From: Candidatus Nomurabacteria bacterium | GTDB lineage: Bacteria > Patescibacteriota > Saccharimonadia > Saccharimonadales > HK-STAS-PATE-42 | Reading direction: 5' to 3' | Assembly (NCBI GenBank): GCA_023898665.1 | Contig: CP060233.1 | Coordinates: 420,368-484,367, forward strand | DNA: 64,000 bases | Part shown: in pieces, positions 36,954 through 44,335 of the stretch | Layout of the letters: every line of letters begins with the position of its first letter | How positions within the stretch are numbered: position 1 is the stretch's first letter | Made by a program: the position numbers and the translations under genes | The notes under the pieces: generated by a model | What the model saw: only the letters and a program-made list of their open reading frames with translations | What the model was told of the DNA's origin: nothing | Database searches by the model: none

Positions 36954-37748
36954 ATGAGTGAGTTCTACTCTGCTGTAGCAAAAATTACTGGTGATACATT
37001 TGTTTTAGGAGATCCATCAGAACCCGCAAGACTAGCACAAGAGCTAATTGAGTTAAAGAATGAATTACTAGGTCCTCTCGTAGTGTGTGTCGGTGGTGGT
37101 GCCGGCAATAGAGGTAGGGATGTCACTCCATACGGTATAGAGAGACTTAAAGCAGACGAGGATGGGATGGTTGCTTCCGTATTAAACGCCTCAACATTAA
37201 TGGATGCACTTGGCGAAAGAGCGCTAGGATTTACAGGTGTTCCACAGTATGTTTTAGAGCAACATGTAAAGAGTGAAAAAGATTCAGCTAGAAAAGCTGC
37301 CATAGCTTTAGCTATTGTAAATCTTATTCATGAAACAGAATTAAGGGCTCTAGAAAAGATAATAGACCGCAATGTGCCTCAGGATATATTAGTAGCAGGC
37401 GGAGGTATTGGTAGAGGACATGTCTCCACCGACTTTGGTGCTGCCCTTTTTGCTAGAGATCTGGTAGCACCTGATAAACCAACAGCTTTGCTTAAAGGAT
37501 CTGGTATAGATGGCGTTTACTCTGGTGACCCAAGAACAGATAGCTCTGCTACATTTTTACCCCATGTCAGCTATGATGATGCAATGCAGAAAGGTTTTAA
37601 AGTTGTTGATCTATCCGCTTGGCCAATTTTAAAAGATGGTAATGTGACCACAGTAGTATACAGAGATGCTCCTGGAAACATGCCTAGAGCCTTAAGAAGA
37701 GAAATCGGAAGTAGAGTAGATAATACACCAACAAAATTATCAGCCTAG
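36954..37748 (+). CDS. amino-acid-kinase-fold protein, divergent UMP kinase (PyrH)-like
   Basis: AKITGDTF, VVCVGGGAGNRGRD, VAGGGIGRGHVSTDFGAAL and GIDGVYSGDPR parallel the PyrH motifs (LKLSGE, VVGGGN..RG, GGTGNP..TTD.AA, VDGVY..DP). There is an insertion of about 40 aa. GC is elevated (53% in 37081-37140). Confidence 0.5.
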   Translation: MSEFYSAVAKITGDTFVLGDPSEPARLAQELIELKNELLGPLVVCVGGGAGNRGRDVTPYGIERLKADEDGMVASVLNASTLMDALGERALGFTGVPQYVLEQHVKSEKDSARKAAIALAIVNLIHETELRALEKIIDRNVPQDILVAGGGIGRGHVSTDFGAALFARDLVAPDKPTALLKGSGIDGVYSGDPRTDSSATFLPHVSYDDAMQKGFKVVDLSAWPILKDGNVTTVVYRDAPGNMPRALRREIGSRVDNTPTKLSA

Positions 37749-37773
37749 CCAATTCTGCTAAACTTAAGCTTAG

Positions 37774-39075
37774 ATGCTTAAGAGATATTTATATAAGTTT
37801 AAGGAGCTAGAACTTCGAGAGAAGATTCTAGTTCTTTTTGTTTTTAGTATTCCTTTTGAAAGAATCCCAAGTTTAGATGTTGGTGGGATAACCTTAAAGT
37901 TAAGTTTATTTCTAGGTACTGCATTAATTTTTATTAACTTAAAAGATATAAAGCTTAATTCTAATAAATTGCTTGAAAAGAAGTTATTGATTCTGCCTGC
38001 TCTACTTCTTGTGTATTCTTTACTTTCAATTTTATGGGCTCAGGATAGCCCTGCTTGGTTAAAGGCTAACTTGAACTTAGGTTTTGTTGTTGCAATATTT
38101 TATAGCTTAAGCTTAAGTTCTAAAAAGAATTTACAATTAATCTTAAACACTATTTTTGCCTCTACTTTAGTTGTAATCGGTTTTGGATTCTTCCAATGGT
38201 TTGGTGATTTGGTTGGTTTGCCTGCTGACCTAACTGGAATTAGAGAGCAATATGATGCAATCCGACTTGGTTTGCCAAGGATGCACTCTGTTTTGTTAGA
38301 GCCACTTTATTTTAGTTTGTTTTTACTGTTGCCTCTTGGATTGAGCTTAGCTGACAGAAAGAATGATTTGTTTAAAAGTTTTTATTTTAGGCTTGGGTTT
38401 ACCTCTTTAATTTACTTATCAATTTTATTAAGCTTAGCCCGAGGAGCAATTGTCGCAAGCGCAGTAATGGGTCTGGTCGCATTCTTTTATAATTTCTCAG
38501 AGCTTAAGAAGCTGTTTAATGTGGATATAATTACTAGATTATGTGCGGCGGCTTTAGTTATCATCTTAGTTTTTATTGGAGCAGTGAGTTTACTTGGCAA
38601 AAAAGGTATTGATGAGGACAATAACTATTCTAAAGGAATTGGGACTATTACAGGACATCTAAAATCAATCAGGCCATGGGGAAATGAAAAAGATGCAAAA
38701 GATGAGAACTCCTTAAACTCGCGCGACGAGGCAAGGAGTGAGGCTTTAAACTTAATAAAGCGAGATTTAAGAACGGATTTATTTGGAGTTGGCGCTGGGC
38801 AATATGGTGCTAATTTGGATCCCAAACAGGATTCTAATGCCACAAGTAATTTTGTAGGTTTAGATGTTTGGGTTCAATTTGGTTTAGTGGGTTTAGCAAT
38901 TCTAACTTTTTTTGGTTTAAGTTTAGTGTTTGGAGCTAAGCTTAATAAACCCATATCTATCGGATTAGTTTTGTATCTTATTGGATTTGCAATCCAGAGT
39001 ATTACTTTTGGCCAGCTAGCAATATTACACTTATGGGTTGGGATGGCGCTGCTGACTTTAGTTAATAACGATTAA
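37774..39075 (+). CDS. O-antigen ligase/polymerase-like (Wzy_C family) polytopic membrane protein
   Basis: 433 aa with about 10 TM helices. SLARGAIVAS is followed by an extracytoplasmic loop, typical of the Wzy_C/O-antigen ligase family. Confidence 0.6.
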   Translation: MLKRYLYKFKELELREKILVLFVFSIPFERIPSLDVGGITLKLSLFLGTALIFINLKDIKLNSNKLLEKKLLILPALLLVYSLLSILWAQDSPAWLKANLNLGFVVAIFYSLSLSSKKNLQLILNTIFASTLVVIGFGFFQWFGDLVGLPADLTGIREQYDAIRLGLPRMHSVLLEPLYFSLFLLLPLGLSLADRKNDLFKSFYFRLGFTSLIYLSILLSLARGAIVASAVMGLVAFFYNFSELKKLFNVDIITRLCAAALVIILVFIGAVSLLGKKGIDEDNNYSKGIGTITGHLKSIRPWGNEKDAKDENSLNSRDEARSEALNLIKRDLRTDLFGVGAGQYGANLDPKQDSNATSNFVGLDVWVQFGLVGLAILTFFGLSLVFGAKLNKPISIGLVLYLIGFAIQSITFGQLAILHLWVGMALLTLVNND

Positions 39076-40907
39076 TTTAGGTAGCCTTCGGCTTGCTTGT
39101 TAAACATCTCAGCATAAAGCTTAGACTTCTTCATTAACTCTTTGTGAGTTCCTTGTTCTAAGATTTTGCCTTTTTCTAAAACTACAATTCTTTGGGCTCT
39201 TTTTACTGTTGAGAAGCGATGTGAGATGATTAGTGCAGTTTTATTACCGTAGTGAGCAAAGATGTTATTAAAGATCTCATACTCAGCATTGGCATCAACT
39301 GCCGCCGTTGGTTCATCAAGAATTAAGATGTTAGAGTTTCTGTAGAATGCTCTGGCTAGTGCTACACGTTGCCACTGACCTCCACTCGGCTCGACCCCTT
39401 CTTCAAATGAATTATCTAAAATTGTGTTAATTCCTTTTGGTAATTTCTTTAGAATTGGCTTGAGGTCTGCGAGTTCTACAGCCCTATCAAGCTCTTGTTT
39501 TGTTGGCTTTTTATTGACTCGACCCAGTTCTATATTAGTTTGGATATCAAATGGGTATCTATTGAAATCTTGGAATAGAACTCCAATTTGACGCCAGTAG
39601 CTGTCAAGATCTACATCTTTGATATTTACTCCATTGACTAAGATCTCCCCTTCAGTTACATCATAAAGCCTAAGTAGGAGCTTAATGATGGTCGTCTTCC
39701 CTGCTCCGTTTTCACCCACAAGTGCAATGTGCTCACCTGGATTAATGGTTAAGTTTAGGTTATCAAGAATCTTTTCTTTTAGGTTCGATCGATATGCAAA
39801 TGAAACGTTTTTAAACTCTATCAGTGGTATATTATCTTTATTAAGCTTAACTGAATCTGATTTAGTTTCAATTTGGGGCTTAGAATCATAAATTGCGTAA
39901 AAGTCTCTAGCGTAAAGAACTAACTCACCAGATCTAGAAATGATAGAGGAGAGATTTCGCATCGATGAGCTGAATTGATTAAGAATTCCTGTGTAGAATG
40001 TAAAGTTTGCGATGCTTATTATTCCTGATACAGTTTTTGAAATTAGATAAATTGTTAAGCCCAGGAATGTTCCTTCATAAACTAGATGTGAGAAAGATTC
40101 TATACCTAAAGTGGACTTTGAGGCTTTAGCCTGTGCTTTGCCAAATTCTTCAATATTTTTTGCAGCAACTCCGTGTAATAGTCTATTCTTTAAACCATAT
40201 AATTTTATCTCTATAAGGTTCTTCTCATTATAAAATAGACCTACTGTTTTTTGGTGCCTATGGAATGCATCACCCTTAACTGCCCAGATCCCCCACTCTA
40301 GCTTAGATCTCTTGAGTTCTGTATACATTCTTGGGATGCTTGCGAGTGCAATTACTAGCGCCATCCAGGGGCCTGCAGAAAAGATCGCTCCAACAATTAG
40401 CGCCATTTTTAGAAGGTTGTAGTACGTATATACAAATTGGTCACCTATATCTCCCAATGCCCAACCCCCTTTTCTATTAACTTTGTTCAATAGTTTTTGG
40501 TTATCTCTATCTTCAAAAAAGTCAGTGTCTAGATTTGCTTTAGCTTCATTAAAGCTAATGGTGAACCATTGGTCCCATTTAATAAATACAATCCGGTCTA
40601 AAAGATTTTGCAAACCTGCGGCTATATTCACAACTAAAAGAAAAAGGGCAGAAATAATCGCATAACTGTAGAGATTGGATGTTGCACCTCCAGCACTGAC
40701 GGATTTTACAACTTCACCTACTACAAGAGATCCGTAATAGGTTGCAAGAACTGTTGAAGCTACCTCGATTGTTGAGAAGAACAAACGACCAATAAGGTTC
40801 CATTTGTCAATCTGCCAATTGGTTTTAACAACTCGGCCCACTATCTTGAAGTAGGTCTTTAAATCAAGTTCTCTTTCTTTTTTTAATTTAGATATTATTT
40901 TTTTCAT
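39072..40907 (-). CDS. ABC transporter, fused permease/ATP-binding protein (MsbA-like exporter)
   Basis: 611 aa. Six-TM exporter domain plus Walker A GENGAGKTT, signature SGGQWQR and Walker B ILILDEPT. Confidence 0.85.
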   Translation of the reverse strand: MKKIISKLKKERELDLKTYFKIVGRVVKTNWQIDKWNLIGRLFFSTIEVASTVLATYYGSLVVGEVVKSVSAGGATSNLYSYAIISALFLLVVNIAAGLQNLLDRIVFIKWDQWFTISFNEAKANLDTDFFEDRDNQKLLNKVNRKGGWALGDIGDQFVYTYYNLLKMALIVGAIFSAGPWMALVIALASIPRMYTELKRSKLEWGIWAVKGDAFHRHQKTVGLFYNEKNLIEIKLYGLKNRLLHGVAAKNIEEFGKAQAKASKSTLGIESFSHLVYEGTFLGLTIYLISKTVSGIISIANFTFYTGILNQFSSSMRNLSSIISRSGELVLYARDFYAIYDSKPQIETKSDSVKLNKDNIPLIEFKNVSFAYRSNLKEKILDNLNLTINPGEHIALVGENGAGKTTIIKLLLRLYDVTEGEILVNGVNIKDVDLDSYWRQIGVLFQDFNRYPFDIQTNIELGRVNKKPTKQELDRAVELADLKPILKKLPKGINTILDNSFEEGVEPSGGQWQRVALARAFYRNSNILILDEPTAAVDANAEYEIFNNIFAHYGNKTALIISHRFSTVKRAQRIVVLEKGKILEQGTHKELMKKSKLYAEMFNKQAEGYLN

Positions 40908-41086
40908 AATGTATTGTTTATGCTTATTAAGTTTAGTTTTTATTTAGCTGAATAGCTAGTTCTTGTGGTAGAATACTAAGTACTAAATAGTTAATAGTCC
41001 CAGTGTATTCTGGGGTTTTTACTCAAAATGGAGTAATATACTTTAACTAACTAAAATTGGCAAAATCATATTATATTTAAGCTTTA

Positions 41087-41813
41087 ATGCAATCTGATCA
41101 TATTATAGCATATAATATACCCCGACATGTAGGATTAATCTTAGATGGTAACCGCAGATGGGCTAAAGAAAACGGTTTTAGCAGTACTCTGCAGGGTCAT
41201 AAGGCCGGTTATGATAATCTAAAAAACTTAGCAGATTATGCTTTTAGCAGGGTATTAGAAATGTATCTGCATATGTTTTTAGTACTGAAAACTGGAACAG
41301 AAGTAAAGAAGAGAGGTTGATTATTTGATGAAGTTACTTCTCAGAATGATGAAACGCGATATCAAGGAGCTTCATAGCAAAGGAATTAAAGTTCTATGGT
41401 TAGGTACTAAAGTGGGTCTAAAGCCTGATATTATTGAGGCGATTGAGGGTGCAATTAGGAAGACTGAGAAGAATATTAAAGGAACTCTTGCTTTTTGCTT
41501 AAATTATGGGGGCCACCAAGAGCTTGCCGACGCTACAGCAAAGATTATTTCTGAAGGGTATAAAGCAGAGGATATTACTCCTGAGCTAATTGAAAAGCAT
41601 TTATATGCACCGGAGCTTGGTCCGGTAGATTTAATGATCAGAACAAGTGGCGAGCAACGCTTAAGCGGTTTCAACTTATGGAGATGTAGTTACTCTGAGC
41701 TAATCTTTACAGATAAAAAATGGCCAGCTTTTACTAACGAAGACTTAGATTTAGCATTAGCAGAGTTTGCCAAAAGAAGTCGTAGATTTGGTGGAGATGA
41801 ACAACCCGCTTAA
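41087..41813 (+). pseudogene. uppS: undecaprenyl-diphosphate synthase (UppS), split over three reading frames
   Basis: Frame 1 reads PRHVGLILDGNRRWA...GHKAGYDNLKNLADYAFS. Frame 2 reads GIRNVSAYVFSTENWNRSKEE. Frame 3 reads VDYLMKLL...YGG...IRTSGEQRLSGFNLW...RRFGG. The breaks are at the GGG run 41250-41252 and at GAGAG 41311-41315. Confidence 0.8.
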
Positions 41814-41850
41814 GCTTAGCTTGACCTTGAGCTTTTGATATACTATAAGT

Positions 41851-42102
41851 ATGACAAAAGAAGTTATACATCAAGGTAAAGCAGAGGTTATTAGACCCGA
41901 TGAAAACGGAATTCCTGAAAGAAAAGAAGTCCCAATAGGAGCTGTTATAAAAGTAGGCAACAAAATTGTTTCAGCAACAAAGAGAAGAGAGCTTGGTGCT
42001 GTTGATCAAGATCCTGAGCCAGACATTACAATAACAAGAACTCCATCCACCAGATGGGGGTTACCTGAAGATCCTCCAGGTAGAGCAAGATTATTGGGCT
42101 AG
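41851..42102 (+). CDS. small hypothetical protein
   Basis: 83-aa ORF with no family recognised. Confidence 0.35.
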   Translation: MTKEVIHQGKAEVIRPDENGIPERKEVPIGAVIKVGNKIVSATKRRELGAVDQDPEPDITITRTPSTRWGLPEDPPGRARLLG

Positions 42103-42163
42103 AAAAAGCTAAGCTTAAACTGTTAAACTTAAGAGTACAAATTAAGGAGATTTTTGATTATTT

Positions 42164-42448
42164 ATGTTAGACCAAGCAAAACTTGCCCTACAGGCAAAAA
42201 AGATACAAAAAGAGCTTACTAAAACAGTTATTGAGGTAAACAGCCAAGACGAAATGGTTTCTATCAGAATGACTGGTGAGCAAAAACTAAAGAGCATCCA
42301 GATTAGCGAAGAAAAAGTTGATGGAGATTTTAGATCCTTAGAGAGAAACTTAGAAGATACCATGCGGGAGGCTATCCAAAAAGCCCAAGAGGTTGCTCAA
42401 GAGAAACTTAAACCAATTATGGGTCAACTTGGAGGCTTAGGTTTATAA
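42164..42448 (+). CDS. ybaB: nucleoid-associated protein YbaB/EbfC
   Basis: 94 aa. Conserved ybaB-recR gene pair, an AAGGAG SD upstream, and a helical pattern plus LGGLGL tail typical of the family. Confidence 0.8.
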   Translation: MLDQAKLALQAKKIQKELTKTVIEVNSQDEMVSIRMTGEQKLKSIQISEEKVDGDFRSLERNLEDTMREAIQKAQEVAQEKLKPIMGQLGGLGL

Positions 42449-42463
42449 GTAAACTTAAATAAA

Positions 42464-42495
42464 ACCCCTAACCTAGCCTCTCCCAAGGGAGAGGG
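42464..42495 (+). repeat. intergenic GC-rich hairpin repeat, copy 1 (ACCCCT..CCTCTCC-CAAG-GGAGAGG)
   Basis: 7-bp stem CCTCTCC/GGAGAGG with loop CAAG. About 80% identical over ~32 nt to 55547..55578. Confidence 0.45.
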
Positions 42496-42506
42496 AAATA
42501 ATAATT

Positions 42507-43112
42507 ATGTTACCTAAAGCACTTGACGACTTAATTGAGGCTCTTGGCTCGCTACCAGGAGTTGGACCTAGAACTGCTGAAAGATATGCCTGGTCTTTAT
42601 TCAAGCGTCCTGAGTCTAAGCTTAAGGATCTCACAGAGTCTATATCATCTTTACACGAGCGAGTTAAGCTTTGCCCTAAAACTTTTGCGCTCATTTCTGA
42701 GGATGAAGATCTTAGTGAGCTATATTCTGATAATCGGAGAGATAAGAAAGTAGTTATGGTTGTTGAACAACCATTTGACATTATTCCGCTTGAGAAGACC
42801 TCTAAGTTTAATGGGACTTATCATGTTTTAGGTGGTGCGATCAGCCCAATTGACGGTATTAATGCTAGTGATCTTAAAATTGCAGAGTTAATCCAAAGAG
42901 TTAAAGATGACGAAGTTGAAGAATTAATCTTAGCTACTAATGCAAATATTGAAGGTGAAAGTACTGCACTTTATATCCAAAAGATACTAGAAGAAGCTGG
43001 AGAAAAAGTTAAAATGACTCGTTTGGCTAGGGGTCTACCAACTGGAGTTGACCTAGCTTACGCAGATCAAATTACTCTATCTCACGCTTTTGATGGTAGA
43101 AAAGAGTTTTAG
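42507..43112 (+). CDS. recR: recombination protein RecR (zinc-finger cysteines missing)
   Basis: HhH motif LPGVGPRTAERYAW, and Toprim VVEQPFDI...TNANIEGESTALYI. Only one Cys remains where the C4 finger normally sits. Confidence 0.85.
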   Translation: MLPKALDDLIEALGSLPGVGPRTAERYAWSLFKRPESKLKDLTESISSLHERVKLCPKTFALISEDEDLSELYSDNRRDKKVVMVVEQPFDIIPLEKTSKFNGTYHVLGGAISPIDGINASDLKIAELIQRVKDDEVEELILATNANIEGESTALYIQKILEEAGEKVKMTRLARGLPTGVDLAYADQITLSHAFDGRKEF

Positions 43113-43115
43113 TAT

Positions 43116-43766
43116 ATGAAAATTTGTTATATCTCGCTATTCCCAGAAGTTATTGAAGCTTACAACAATGTTGGGATGATGCGTAAAGCTCAAGAAATGG
43201 GCTCAGTTGAGTTTATCTACTTAAATCTTAGAGACTTTGGGCTTGGACCTCGTAAACAGGTTGATGACACTCCATACGGTGGAGGGGATGGCATGGTCTT
43301 AAAACCAGAGCCGATTGCAGAAGCAATTGCTAAAGCAAAAGAGTTAGTAGGAGATAATGCTATGGTCATTCTACCTACCCCAAGAGGAGTAGAGTTTACT
43401 CAAAATGATTCTAATAATTTGGCTGAACTTAATGAGAACTTGATTATATTTTGCTCAAGATACGAGGGCTATGATGAAAGGATTACTAAATTAGTTGATA
43501 GACAGTTCTTTATTGGTAGATATGTTTTAACAGGTGGAGAAATACCGGCAATGGTAATTTCTGATAGCATTATAAGATTACTTGATGGAGTCTTGGGTGG
43601 GGAGGAATCCGCAGTAAAAGAAAGCTTTCAGACAGATTTAAGTTTAATTGAGCATCCGCAATATACTAGACCAGAGATTTTTGAAGGGGAGAGTATCCCA
43701 GAAGTATTAAAAGGTGGGAATCATGCTGAGATTGAAAAATGGCGTCAAGAAAATTATATAACTTAG
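43116..43766 (+). CDS. trmD: tRNA (guanine37-N1)-methyltransferase TrmD
   Basis: DDTPYGGGDGMVLKPEP, CSRYEGYDERI, IGRYVLTGGE and NHAEIEKWR are TrmD signatures. Confidence 0.9.
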   Translation: MKICYISLFPEVIEAYNNVGMMRKAQEMGSVEFIYLNLRDFGLGPRKQVDDTPYGGGDGMVLKPEPIAEAIAKAKELVGDNAMVILPTPRGVEFTQNDSNNLAELNENLIIFCSRYEGYDERITKLVDRQFFIGRYVLTGGEIPAMVISDSIIRLLDGVLGGEESAVKESFQTDLSLIEHPQYTRPEIFEGESIPEVLKGGNHAEIEKWRQENYIT

Positions 43767-43767
43767 A

Positions 43768-44325
43768 TTAAGTTTTTTTTCTATTTTCAAGCTCAACTGC
43801 TGCCTCTACAATTAAGTCCCCGCATTCTTTGCGTTGTGCGTTGTCACAGATGTATGTTACCGTTGTTGTTGGTTTTTGTTTAGAAAGCTCAACTTCTTCT
43901 TCGGCCCTCATGCTACACGACAGACCACCAAAGCTATCAATACACTTTTGTCTCTGTGATGTTAGAACCCGGGTATGTGAACTAACAACAATCCCATTAA
44001 ATGTCGTTTTTGTACTCAGACATTCATATGTATTTGCAATCTAATTTTCTAGAATATCTCTTAGTCTAACTGCGCTTTCAGTTAGTCTCCCGCATCCTCG
44101 AGCACAAAATAATCCTGGAGAGACTGTCCTCTCATTTAGACTAACCTGCACCCAAGGCATTAAACTACATTCTTCACTGCTGCAATCACGTTTTTCATCC
44201 TCCACAAAAGCGCCAATACCAGCAACAGTTTCAGAACCAGACGGAGACGGGTAGTGGAATCTATTTCCACTTAACCCGTTTAATTGGCCAAGGATAGTTC
44301 TCCTGGTCGTTATTAAATTTGCCAT
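43768..44325 (-). pseudogene. Cys-rich hypothetical ORF interrupted by a single in-frame TAG (44041..44043)
   Basis: The 94-aa ORF 44041..44325 ends in TAG. The same frame stays open for another 90 codons (IANTYECLSTK...ELENRKKT) down to TAA at 43768..43770, with no usable start codon near its beginning. Confidence 0.45.
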
Positions 44326-44335
44326 AATGAGGCAA

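Noticed and set aside
42473-42781. 102-aa minus-strand ORF antisense to recR (also 42535..42753 and 42142..42363)
   Set aside because: It is antisense to or overlapping well-supported recR and ybaB. Its end (SLSLGRG) is the translated intergenic hairpin repeat.
43829-44044. 71-aa plus-strand ORF downstream of trmD
   Set aside because: It is antisense to a much longer uninterrupted minus-strand frame (the TAG-interrupted Cys-rich ORF). Its composition looks like antisense noise.
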